A stretch of DNA of 64,000 bases, taken from positions 26,823-90,822 of the forward strand of contig JAFGJQ010000501.1 of assembly GCA_016929015.1 (NCBI GenBank), read 5' to 3'. The stretch comes from Phycisphaerae bacterium (lineage in GTDB: Bacteria; Planctomycetota; Phycisphaerae; UBA1845). Below the pieces are notes generated by a model. The model saw only the letters and a list, made by a program, of their open reading frames with translations. It had not been told where the DNA came from and did no database searches. The position numbers were made by a program, and so were the translations under genes. Shown here piece after piece: positions 47,378 to 56,167 of the stretch (position 1 is the first letter of the stretch; each line of letters begins with the position of its first letter).

Positions 47378-48867
47378 TCCCCGGCCTGCTCCGCCATCAG
47401 GGCCCGGCCCCTTCGATACACCGCAATCCGGGTGATCAACACCACCACCATGCCCAGCATGGCCAGTCCGTACCCGGCGAAGACAACCCACATGCCCGGG
47501 TCATGCACCACGGCCAGCGTGCTGTACGTTCCGCTGTGGTCCTCGTGAAAGCTGGACTGGAACAGGTCGTACCCGCCATACGCCAGCGGTGCGTTCATGC
47601 TCACCCGGCCGCCCAGCATCTGCCCGGTCTGCGGGTCGCGGATGCGGACGTCGCTTTCATACGAGCGCGGGGCAATGGTGCCGGGATAGGTTCGGACGCG
47701 GAAATCATCCAGGGTCAATTCGAACCCCAGGGGCACCTCCTCCGGCGCGTATTCCAGGTCGTAGAAGTTCTCGCCCAGTTGCACCGTGCGGCGAGTGCCC
47801 CTGCGCAAGCTCAACTCCAGGCGGGCCTCGCCCTGCGACATCTCCAACTCCAGCGCCGGCCGGGGCGCGTCGCCCGGCGGGGTGCGGGCCTCCAGCGCAT
47901 CCACCGCGCGGGCGTGGTCCAGCCGTTCCAGCACCGTCAGCGTGACGGAGCCCCACGGCGTCTTGACGGGCTCTCCGATCACGACCGGTACGCCAACCGG
48001 CTCACCGGCGGCGGGCGAGAACACCACGTGCATCGCGCCGTCCGGCCCGGCGAGGATGACGGCCGCAAGCGCCCGTGGATCGACGGACTGCGCCGCGGTG
48101 GCGACGCTCTCGTCCAGGGACTCACCGGCCGGCAGCGGCCGTACGTCCACGCGGATCGGCTCCGCACGGGCGGGCGTGCCGTCGAACACCCAGCCGGACG
48201 TCTCGTGGTTCTCATCTCGGATGGACACGCGCACGGCCAGGCTGGGTTGCGGATTGTCGTTCAGCACACGACGAACGGGAACGGCATCGGGCAGGTAGCG
48301 TCGGACACGAACGGTCATCGCCCCCAGGGTCAGCGGCGAGACACCCGGCGCATCCACCGGTCGATCGGACGACAGGTCCACCGCCACGGACTGCTTTTCG
48401 CCGGTGGCGTGGTTACGGACGGCCAGCATCAGGCGCTGGGACTGGAAGACGGAGCAGGTCTCCCCCTCGCGCAGAATCACGTGGCCCCGTTGCCCGTAGA
48501 CGCCGGTCACCACTGCTCCGCCCAGGATGACCAGCACGGCCGCGTGGGTAATCACGAATCCGATCTGCCGCCGGCTGTACGGCCATCGCACGACGAGGGC
48601 CAGCAGGGTGTTTACGGCAAGGAGGCCCAGGATGAGCTGGAACCAGGGGTGCTCGTAGATGGCGAAGAGCGTGTGTTCCAGTCCGTGTCGCTGCTCATAC
48701 ATCGTGGCATAAGCCATCGAGACCAGCAGCATCATGAGCAACACGGCCGCCAGGCGCAAAGACGCCAGCGGGTGGACAATCGCGTTCACTCTGCTCATGG
48801 GTGCCCGAACGTCCGCCCCCGGGTTACCGGACATATCGCGTGACATCCTATCCGCCGATCGCGCCAA
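47374..48867 (-). CDS. resB: Cytochrome c biogenesis protein ResB/Ccs1
   Basis: N-terminal TM helices (LRLAAVLLMMLLVSMAYATMYE; VITHAAVLVILGGAV), a large periplasmic domain, and a C-terminal ..YSTLAVVHDPGMWVVFAGYGLAMLGM. The gene is coupled to ccsA. The true start may be the internal ATG at 48798. Confidence 0.8.
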   Translation of the reverse strand: MARSADRMSRDMSGNPGADVRAPMSRVNAIVHPLASLRLAAVLLMMLLVSMAYATMYEQRHGLEHTLFAIYEHPWFQLILGLLAVNTLLALVVRWPYSRRQIGFVITHAAVLVILGGAVVTGVYGQRGHVILREGETCSVFQSQRLMLAVRNHATGEKQSVAVDLSSDRPVDAPGVSPLTLGAMTVRVRRYLPDAVPVRRVLNDNPQPSLAVRVSIRDENHETSGWVFDGTPARAEPIRVDVRPLPAGESLDESVATAAQSVDPRALAAVILAGPDGAMHVVFSPAAGEPVGVPVVIGEPVKTPWGSVTLTVLERLDHARAVDALEARTPPGDAPRPALELEMSQGEARLELSLRRGTRRTVQLGENFYDLEYAPEEVPLGFELTLDDFRVRTYPGTIAPRSYESDVRIRDPQTGQMLGGRVSMNAPLAYGGYDLFQSSFHEDHSGTYSTLAVVHDPGMWVVFAGYGLAMLGMVVVLITRIAVYRRGRALMAEQAGE

Positions 48868-49159
48868 AGCCTGTAACGGCTCGCAAGCTTAGTCTGTTTC
48901 GGCTTTTCAGGCCATAGGGCGGTCGGGTTACCGGACGTTTCGGGACCGGGCCGAGCGGCAGGGTCTGCCGCGGCGCCATTCGGACGGAGCGCGAAGCAAT
49001 CCCGCTTTGCAGTTCTCCCATAACGGAAGTGGCCCCCGTGTGCATCCGACGAATAGGAAGCTGCGCAGGGCGCTGCCTCTGCGCCGCGGATTGAACCGCC
49101 GCCCGGCGGCCGGATCGGGTCGTACGCCCGCTCCGCGACGCCGTGCCCGGATCGGCCTG

Positions 49160-51412
49160 ATGTCGACGTTTCCGCTGACCTTCAAGATCGTCCGCAACGG
49201 GGGAGTGGAGGAAGTGCGCGTCGACGACCGCCCCGAGCTGGTCCGCCTTCGGACCGAGTTGGAGCTGATCCGCCAATACGGCCGAGGGGCCGATCGATCG
49301 GTGGTCGATGCTCTGCAGGCGATCGCCGCCAGGAGCGGCGACGACGTCCGGGAGCTGCTGACCATCCTGCAGGACGCGATGAACCCGCTCGTGGAGGCCG
49401 GCATCACGCGGATCGACCGCGAGTTTCCCGGCGTCCGCCGGGAGATGTCCGAGCCGGTCATCGCCTCCGAGGCCGCAAAGTTTCGCAGCGACGTGGCGGC
49501 CTGCATCCGGCGATCCGCGCGGCCGGACGCCGCCGCGCTGGCGGACGCCTATCTCCGCCGATCGCAACTGGAACTGCAGGATATCGAGCTGCCCGCGGAA
49601 ACGGGCGTTGCCGCCGCCGGCCCGGTGATCGGTTCGGCGAGCGGGCCGACGCCTCAACAGGAACGCAACACGATGAGCACAAATGCATCCAATTCGCAGA
49701 ACGGCGATCTCGAGGCCTTGGGCAAGGACATCGATGCTGCCGTCGACTCGTCCGCCCGAGCGGCGGCCGACGACAACGTGGAGGCCGTCCTGAAAGCCGC
49801 CGTGGAAGCGGCCGACCAACTTGAGGTCAACGATACCAACGACGAGGTGGATCAGTTTCTCGATGACGCGCTGGCCCAGCTCGACGGCATCGAAGACAAG
49901 ACCGAGGATCCCGGCCCGAGCGCGCCGGCGGCAACCGCGCCCGTCAAGACAAACGACGAAGCCGTGGATGTCGACGCCTTCATCGCCGCGGTGGAAGAGG
50001 CCGACCAACTGGAGGTCTCCGACTCCAATCAGGAGGTCGCTGAGCTGCTGAGCGAGGCGCTCCAGCAGGCAGACCAGGGATCGCCCGCGGTCCAGGACGA
50101 TCTGAAGGCAGCGGACCTGGACGCGCTCACCGCCGCAGTGGAACAGGCGGACCGGCTGGTTGTTGGAGACGCGAACGATGAAATCCAGAGCGTGTTGAGC
50201 GACGCGCTGAAGGAGACGAGTACCCACGAGCCTCCGGCCGATGCCGCCGCGGAGGATGCGCAAGTGGACCTGGAAGCGTTCGCCGCCGCGGTGGAAGAGG
50301 CCGACAAGCAGGAAATCGGCGATTCGAATGAAGACATCGACAATTTCCTTGCCCAGGCCCTGGAGCAGGTCGACGCCGTCGCTACGCCCGAACCGGAAGC
50401 GTCCCCCGTGTCCGGCCCGGAGCAGCTCGAACAGATCGCACGCGGCGAACCCCGCCCACAGCCCTCGCAATGCACCGACGTGGCCCAGACCGTCGAGGCC
50501 GCGATCGACGAGGTGGAGTCGCATTTGGAACAAGTGGCATCGCAGGTGGACGTTGGGGCGGACGAGGTGACGACCACCGCCGTCCCGACGGCCAGTGTGG
50601 ACTTGGAATCGGGCGCCGCTGCCGATGACGTGCTGGCCGACGTGGAAGAGGGCGTGACGGCACTGGCAAACGCCGTGGGGCAGCCGCCGGCACCGGAGGG
50701 GCCCGCCCTGCCGCAGGCGGCGGAAGCGGTCGCGCCGACGTCTCCCGCGCCTTCCCCGCAGACGCCTTCGCCGGATGCCGGCAAAACCGCCGCGGCTCCG
50801 CCGGTCGCCGCCGTGGAATCTGCGGTTGTCCCGGAAAACATTCAGCCGCCGACACAGCCCGCCGCCGCGGCGAAGCCGCCCGTCGAAACAGGCAAGTCCA
50901 GGGAACCGGCTCCGAAGCCCCAAACGGCGGAATCACCTGCCAAAGCTCAGGACGCCGTTTCCGCTGCCTCCGCTCCGGAGAATGCTGTCGCGGAAGAGAC
51001 CGTGACGAACGCCCTTCCCGCCGCGGCCGTCGACGACATCGAACGCGGTGTCGGCCGGCTTGCCCATTTCCTGTCCGGCGAGGTGTTGCAGCTCTGGACG
51101 GAGGCCAAGCGGGCGATGCAGGAGGCCCAGGCCTTCCGCGACGAGTCGCAGCGCGTCCACGCGGAGGCCGGCCGGATGCTCAAGGAAGTCCAGGCTATGC
51201 AGCAGGAGGTCGCCGCGGCCCGCGAGCAGACGCAGGGCGATCGCCAGGAAGCACAAAACCTTCGCGATGACATTCGCAAGACGCTGGAACGCGTTCGCCA
51301 GTGTGCCGGCGAAGCGGCAAACGCCGCGGACGCAGCCCAGGCCGAAGCACGCAACGCCGCCGCATTTGCGCAGCAGGCCCGGCCTTCCCAGACGCCGAAG
51401 CAGGACCCCTGA
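49160..51412 (+). CDS. Hypothetical acidic repeat protein with a C-terminal coiled coil
   Basis: The start was set at ATG 49160 (MSTFPLTFKIV...). There are four tandem copies of an ~35-aa core: AAVE(A/E/Q)AD(Q/R/K)LEV.D.N.E(V/I)..(F/L)L..AL.Q. A Pro/Ala-rich linker and a C-terminal heptad-like region (EAQAFRDESQRVHAEAGRMLKEVQAMQQEVAAAREQ) follow. No family was recognised. Confidence 0.6.
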   Translation: MSTFPLTFKIVRNGGVEEVRVDDRPELVRLRTELELIRQYGRGADRSVVDALQAIAARSGDDVRELLTILQDAMNPLVEAGITRIDREFPGVRREMSEPVIASEAAKFRSDVAACIRRSARPDAAALADAYLRRSQLELQDIELPAETGVAAAGPVIGSASGPTPQQERNTMSTNASNSQNGDLEALGKDIDAAVDSSARAAADDNVEAVLKAAVEAADQLEVNDTNDEVDQFLDDALAQLDGIEDKTEDPGPSAPAATAPVKTNDEAVDVDAFIAAVEEADQLEVSDSNQEVAELLSEALQQADQGSPAVQDDLKAADLDALTAAVEQADRLVVGDANDEIQSVLSDALKETSTHEPPADAAAEDAQVDLEAFAAAVEEADKQEIGDSNEDIDNFLAQALEQVDAVATPEPEASPVSGPEQLEQIARGEPRPQPSQCTDVAQTVEAAIDEVESHLEQVASQVDVGADEVTTTAVPTASVDLESGAAADDVLADVEEGVTALANAVGQPPAPEGPALPQAAEAVAPTSPAPSPQTPSPDAGKTAAAPPVAAVESAVVPENIQPPTQPAAAAKPPVETGKSREPAPKPQTAESPAKAQDAVSAASAPENAVAEETVTNALPAAAVDDIERGVGRLAHFLSGEVLQLWTEAKRAMQEAQAFRDESQRVHAEAGRMLKEVQAMQQEVAAAREQTQGDRQEAQNLRDDIRKTLERVRQCAGEAANAADAAQAEARNAAAFAQQARPSQTPKQDP

Positions 51413-51458
51413 CGCTCGGCGGCGCAGCACCCGTACGCCGCCCGGTTCGGAGAATCTC

Positions 51459-52928
51459 ATGCGCTCGCTGATCCGGTTCGTCGTTCCATGCCTGGTGCCG
51501 ATTCTGCTGGCTTCATCGGCGTTCGCCAGCTCGCCCCTTCGGCCGCAGCGCGTCCGGCAGGCTGACCTGCCCAAGCCGGTGGATTCCGTCGTGGAACCCG
51601 CCCAACTGGCGTCCGGCGTGACCTTCACGGTGACGATTGACGATCCGGGCGACGCGTACGCCGCCTATCACGAGAACGTCCAGGCCGTCATCGAGGCCGC
51701 CGCCACGGAGTGGGCGCAACACCTGAACGGCCGGGCGACCATCGAGCTGCGCGTGGGTTTCGAGGCGGGTGATTTCCTCATGGCCTCTCGGGCCATGGTG
51801 GCCGTCGAGACGGGCCGAACGTTCGACGGGCACGACGTCTACCAGATCGGCCCGATCTGGGAGATCGCCGGCTACGGCGATCCGAACGGACTGGTCGCCG
51901 ACGGAGAGATTGTCGTCGCCACCGAATCAATCGACATGTTGTTCTGGGGTTACCCGGCCGATCCGCCGGGCGATCGTTACGACGCTTTTGAAACCGCGCT
52001 GCACGAACTGGGCCATATCCTGGGTTTCGCGTGCTCCGACGACTATTACGCCGGGCTGGCCGATTGGCTCACCTCGTACGATCAGCATGTGGTGGTGTCC
52101 GGCACAACGGCCACATTCACCGGGCCGCAGGCCGTCGCGGTCTTCGGACGGGCCGTGCCACTGTCTGACGCCACCTCGCCCGGTTCGTGGCCGCACACGG
52201 ACATTCAGAGCGGCCCGGGCGCCTTGATGTACCCGTTTGCCGATCCGGGCACGCGGCTGGGGATTACGGATCTGGAGCTGGCCATCCTGGCGGATGCCGG
52301 AATGCCGATTCGGGAGGCCTGTGTCGATCCGGACACCGGAGAAGTGCTGGACGCAGACGCGGATGGGGTCACCGATTGCGACGACAATTGCCCGGACGAC
52401 GTGAATCCGGATCAGGCGGACGCCGACGCCGACGGCGCGGGCGATGCCTGCGACGGCTGCCCGAACAATCCGCACCTCACCGCGCCGACCGGACCGTGTG
52501 GCTGCACGAGCGGAACGCTGGACAGCGATCAGGACGGGACGCTCGACTGCCTGGACGGCTGTCCGGACGATCCAGACAAGACCGATCCCGGCCTCTGCGG
52601 CTGCGGACTTGATGACACGGACACCGATGCGGATGGCACGCCTGATTGCGAGGACGGATGCCCGGATGACGCAAACAAGACCGATCCCGGTGTTTGTGGA
52701 TGCGACAGGCCCGATGTAGACGCCGACGGCGACGGCCTGCCGGATTGCGATCAGCCGTTCATCACCATTGATGATGATCCGGACGACGGTGGACCGGTGA
52801 CCCCGTCCCGGTCAGGTGGGGGCGGCCGCTCCGTCGCCTGCGGCGCCGGCGTCGCTCCGACGCTGCCGCTGACGGCGGGTCTGTTCCTCGCCATGCGTTT
52901 CACACGCCGTTCCCGCGGACGCAAATGA
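51459..52928 (+). CDS. Secreted zinc-metalloprotease-like protein with thrombospondin type-3-like Ca-binding repeats and a C-terminal hydrophobic/basic anchor
   Basis: Signal peptide MRSLIRFVVPCLVPILLASSAFASS, HExxH in ETALHELGHILGF, and repeated DxDxDGxxDxxDxCP motifs (DADADGVTDCDDNCPDDVNPDQADADADGAGDACDGCP; DSDQDGTLDCLDGCPDDPDKTDPGLCGCG; DTDADGTPDCEDGCPDDANKTDPGVCGC). The tail is ...LPLTAGLFLAMRFTRRSRGRK. Confidence 0.65.
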   Translation: MRSLIRFVVPCLVPILLASSAFASSPLRPQRVRQADLPKPVDSVVEPAQLASGVTFTVTIDDPGDAYAAYHENVQAVIEAAATEWAQHLNGRATIELRVGFEAGDFLMASRAMVAVETGRTFDGHDVYQIGPIWEIAGYGDPNGLVADGEIVVATESIDMLFWGYPADPPGDRYDAFETALHELGHILGFACSDDYYAGLADWLTSYDQHVVVSGTTATFTGPQAVAVFGRAVPLSDATSPGSWPHTDIQSGPGALMYPFADPGTRLGITDLELAILADAGMPIREACVDPDTGEVLDADADGVTDCDDNCPDDVNPDQADADADGAGDACDGCPNNPHLTAPTGPCGCTSGTLDSDQDGTLDCLDGCPDDPDKTDPGLCGCGLDDTDTDADGTPDCEDGCPDDANKTDPGVCGCDRPDVDADGDGLPDCDQPFITIDDDPDDGGPVTPSRSGGGGRSVACGAGVAPTLPLTAGLFLAMRFTRRSRGRK

Positions 52929-53027
52929 CGAGCCTGTCACATCGCGTCCGCACGCCCTGCCTTCCGCACATCCAGCCGCCGTCCGCGGGAATTCTGGGAA
53001 TGGACTACACAACCGTGGCAAAGTCTG

Positions 53028-53033
53028 TATAAT
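53028..53033 (+). promoter_or_regulatory. Consensus -10 hexamer TATAAT upstream of the sORF (promoter candidate)
   Basis: An exact TATAAT lies in an otherwise GC-rich genome, about 80 nt upstream of the sORF's ATG. No convincing -35 hexamer was seen. Confidence 0.3.
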
Positions 53034-53114
53034 CCCCGCGCAATTGCCTATCGTTCCGGCGCGTACCGGTTGGTTGTTTTTTGGCGCGTTCATCTTGAGA
53101 AGGAGGTAGACACA

Positions 53115-53186
53115 ATGTATTGGTTGTTGATTCTGATTGGTCTGATCGCTTACGGCTTTTCCACGGGTGGCACACTCGCCCTCTGA
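53115..53186 (+). CDS. Candidate small hydrophobic peptide (23 aa), not in the ORF track
   Basis: AAGGAGG lies 7 nt upstream of the ATG. The translation is MYWLLILIGLIAYGFSTGGTLAL*, a single TM helix. The gene lies in a locally AT-richer intergenic region and is followed by hairpins and a terminator. Confidence 0.35.
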   Translation: MYWLLILIGLIAYGFSTGGTLAL

Positions 53187-53248
53187 CGGCGGGTCGGTTT
53201 CTTGCGGGCCCTGACCCGCGAGGAGTCTGATTTGCGCATGGGCGCATG

Positions 53249-53287
53249 GAGCGGTCTGTTCGAGAAACGGGCCGCTCCCTTTTTCTT
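53249..53287 (+). terminator. Rho-independent terminator candidate
   Basis: gagcggtc (53249-53256) pairs with ggccgctc (53270-53277) as an 8-bp stem with one G-U pair and a 13-nt loop. It is followed by cctttttctt, whose T-run starts at 53280. Confidence 0.5.
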
Positions 53288-53443
53288 GCCTCCTTCCGAT
53301 CGGGCCGGCCGGGTCCGGGGGTCTTCCCGGCTTGCGTTGCGTGGATAACTGTTACATATTTGTTTGTACTGAGCGACCACATACGTGGGCACCGGCTAGT
53401 GCGGCATGGCGACCCGCGTCTGGGCGTTGGAGGAAACGCAGCC

Positions 53444-54640
53444 ATGAGACGATCGCTGATCTTCGCCTTCGCGATGGTTGTGCTGTTGAGTCGTGCAGTC
53501 CCCGCTGGCGCACAGCCCGCCGCGTCTGCACCGAGCGCGGTTGTCCCCGCGACCGCGGAACAACCGCGCATGGTGCTGCTGTACTACGGATTTGACGCAA
53601 AGGGCCCGCGAGACTGGCCGACGGACCGGCTCCGCCATTACCTGGCCTACCACGTCGATCGGGGCACCGAGAAAGAGCGGCCGGCAGACACGCTGTTCGA
53701 CACCGTGCTGTGGATGTATCGCACGAGCTCACGCGGACGCCTGTTTGAGACCTCGGCCAGGCATGAGCCCACCACGGAAACCGACTGGCGCGAGTGCATG
53801 GACCGGCTGTTCGCCCCGGACCTGCAACTGAACGCGCTGGAAACGGCCGCCGCGAGCCTGGAACGCGAACTCGGCCGGCCGGTGCGCGTGAACGTCGTGC
53901 TGACGCTGCCCTACCCCGACGTGCGGATCGCGAACTGGTCCGACGCGCCGGACGGGCCGAAGTGGGATTTCCGTCGTGACGACGAGGGCCGCCGGCAGGC
54001 CGTCCAGTGGTACATCCGCGAGGCCCTGCAACGCTGGCAAGCCGCCCGCTTCGGCCACCTTCGGCTGCTCGGCTTCTACTGGTTCAACGAGGGGCACGCA
54101 AACCTGCGCGCGGCGGAGGAGACGCCGGATGAGTCGCTCCGCACGGACGTCGCCCTCATCCAAAACACCGCCCGCTTCGTTCACTCGCTGAAGGTGGACG
54201 GCCGCCCGCTTACGCTGACGTGGATTCCCTACAGCCCCTACGGGCAGGATCGGCTGCCCGTCGTGCGGGACCTTCTGGCCGCCCCGGCGGAAGCGCGGGT
54301 GGATTACCTGATGATCCAGCCGAACTACTTCTTCGCGCGATGGAAGAAGCAGCGGGAGGACCTGGTGAAGATCGTGCGCGGCGCGGCATCCGTGAGGGCC
54401 GGCGTGGAACTGGAGTGTGACGAGGCCCTGGTCAAGGACGAAGCCATGCGCCAGCGCTGGCTGGAGTACCTGGAAGTCGTATCGACGGAGCACCCGGGCT
54501 GGCGTCAGACTCCCGTGTCGTGCTACCAGGGCCTGCGCGCCGTCCACGAAATGGCCACCCGCCCGGAGCTGGCCCCCTGCTACGACGCCCTCTACAAATT
54601 CCTGAAGCAGCACCGGCGTAACGAGGGAAGCCCTCCGTAG
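53444..54640 (+). CDS. Hypothetical secreted protein (possibly DUF4855-like; tentative)
   Basis: The start was set at ATG 53444, giving the signal peptide MRRSLIFAFAMVVLLSRAVPAGAQP. The ORF-track start at 53246 would read through the terminator. Segments LLGFYWFNEGH and TWIPYSPYG recall DUF4855-type proteins, but this has not been verified. Confidence 0.6.
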   Translation: MRRSLIFAFAMVVLLSRAVPAGAQPAASAPSAVVPATAEQPRMVLLYYGFDAKGPRDWPTDRLRHYLAYHVDRGTEKERPADTLFDTVLWMYRTSSRGRLFETSARHEPTTETDWRECMDRLFAPDLQLNALETAAASLERELGRPVRVNVVLTLPYPDVRIANWSDAPDGPKWDFRRDDEGRRQAVQWYIREALQRWQAARFGHLRLLGFYWFNEGHANLRAAEETPDESLRTDVALIQNTARFVHSLKVDGRPLTLTWIPYSPYGQDRLPVVRDLLAAPAEARVDYLMIQPNYFFARWKKQREDLVKIVRGAASVRAGVELECDEALVKDEAMRQRWLEYLEVVSTEHPGWRQTPVSCYQGLRAVHEMATRPELAPCYDALYKFLKQHRRNEGSPP

Positions 54641-54738
54641 GTTGCGCCTTCCTTCAACGCGCTGCCGCCGCTCCCGGACGAAGGACCCGGCATCCAGCCC
54701 CTTTTCCATGCTCCTGCGTTCGCTATACTGGTCCGGCT

Positions 54739-56043
54739 ATGCGCAAGGTGTATGTCCTGGATACCAACGTTCTGCTGCACGACCCGGCGTCCCTCATGCG
54801 TTTCGAGGACAACCAGGTCATCATCCCCATTGACGTCATTCAGGAGGTGGACCGCTTCAAGCACGAGCAGAGCGAACGCGGCCAGAACGCCCGGCAGGTC
54901 TCCCGCCTGCTGGACAGCCTGCGGAACGGATCGAGCCTGGCGGAAGGCGTCCACCTGGACAACGGCGTCGAGCTGCGCGTCCTCTGCGACCCGAACGATC
55001 CGCTCAGCTCCAGCGGCGAGAAGGCCGACAACCACATCCTCCGCATCGCAAGGGACATCCAGCGCCAGCAACCGCAACTTCCCGTCATCATCGTGACGAA
55101 GGACATCAACCTGCGCATCCGCGCGGATGCCATGGGCCTGCGGGCCCAGGACTACGAATCGGATCGCGTCTTCCTGTCCGACCTCTACACCGGCCACGCG
55201 GAACTCGACCTGCCGGCCGCGGACGTGGAAAGGCTGCGCAGTCAGAAAAGCCTTCCGCTGCCGGACGCAACGGACCTGAGCCCCAACCAATACGCGCTGG
55301 TCCGGCCAGCCGACGGCTCCAAAGGCACCGTGCTGGCCCGGCGGCTGGGCGCAGAGCCGCGGCTCAAGGCGCTCGACCGCTTTGAAGAGGGCGTCTGCGG
55401 CATTCTGCCCCGCAATAAGGAGCAGTTCTACGCCCTCGACGCCCTGCTCGACGACGACGTCAAGCTGGTCACCATCATGGGCAAGGCCGGCACCGGCAAA
55501 ACGCTGCTGGCCATCGCCGCCGCCCTGCACCAGGTGCTGGTGAGACGCCGGTGGCGCGGCGTCGTGGTCGCCCGGCCCACCGTGGCCGTCGGAAAGGAAA
55601 TCGGCTTCCTGCCCGGCGACATCGAAAGCAAGATGGCCCCGTGGATGCGGCCGATCGTCGACACCATCGAGTTCTTATTCGATACGGCCAAGGGCATTAG
55701 CCGCAAGACGGACCTGAACGGGTTGCTCAAAAGCGGCGTCATTGAGATCCAGCCCCTGTCCTACATCCGCGGCCGGAGCATCAGCAACCGCTTCATCGTG
55801 GTGGACGAGGCGCAGAACCTCTCGCCGTTGGAGGTCAAGACGGTCATCACGCGCGTGGGCTACGCCTCAAAGGTGATTATGACCGGCGACCCGTACCAGA
55901 TCGACAACCCCTACGTCGATTCCGCCAGCAACGGCTTCAACGCCCTGGTGGAGCGGTTCCGCCCGCAGCCCATCGCCGCCCACGTCGAGCTTCGCAAGGG
56001 CGAGCGCAGCGAACTGGCCGAACTGGCGGCAAACCTGCTCTGA
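54739..56043 (+). CDS. PhoH-family ATPase with an N-terminal PIN domain (YlaK-like)
   Basis: PIN domain YVLDTNVLLHDP...IIPIDVIQEVD, Walker A GKAGTGKTLLA, Walker B FIVVDEAQNL, and GDPYQID. Confidence 0.9.
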   Translation: MRKVYVLDTNVLLHDPASLMRFEDNQVIIPIDVIQEVDRFKHEQSERGQNARQVSRLLDSLRNGSSLAEGVHLDNGVELRVLCDPNDPLSSSGEKADNHILRIARDIQRQQPQLPVIIVTKDINLRIRADAMGLRAQDYESDRVFLSDLYTGHAELDLPAADVERLRSQKSLPLPDATDLSPNQYALVRPADGSKGTVLARRLGAEPRLKALDRFEEGVCGILPRNKEQFYALDALLDDDVKLVTIMGKAGTGKTLLAIAAALHQVLVRRRWRGVVVARPTVAVGKEIGFLPGDIESKMAPWMRPIVDTIEFLFDTAKGISRKTDLNGLLKSGVIEIQPLSYIRGRSISNRFIVVDEAQNLSPLEVKTVITRVGYASKVIMTGDPYQIDNPYVDSASNGFNALVERFRPQPIAAHVELRKGERSELAELAANLL

Positions 56044-56046
56044 ATC

Positions 56047-56066
56047 GCCAAAAGTGTGGCTTTTTT
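56047..56066 (+). terminator. Weak terminator candidate after the phoH-like gene
   Basis: A 4-bp stem gcca/tggc with a 6-nt loop is followed by TTTTTT (56061-56066), starting 4 nt after the stop codon. The stem is short. Confidence 0.3.
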
Positions 56067-56126
56067 ATCGCAACCCGCCCCCGCCCCATCTCATCCCTTG
56101 CCATTTCGCAACCCTGCCGCGCCGGG

Positions 56127-56167
56127 ATTCGCAATTCGCAATTCATAATTCGCAATTCGCAATTCAT
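56127..56167. repeat. Repeat family C, site 1: six tandem 7-bp units (a 21-bp unit x2)
   Basis: The units are attcgca attcgca attcata attcgca attcgca attcat, directly abutting the permease stop codon (56168-56170). Confidence 0.9.

Noticed and set aside
48848-50923. 691-aa minus-strand ORF opposite the acidic repeat protein
   Set aside because: The product is dominated by Arg/Gly runs (RRRLRGRRGRRRRDRFRR) and mirrors the Asp/Glu-rich repeats of the + strand. The + frame continues into a plausible coiled-coil domain and sits in operon-like spacing with the next gene. The strand choice is still flagged for verification in the findings.
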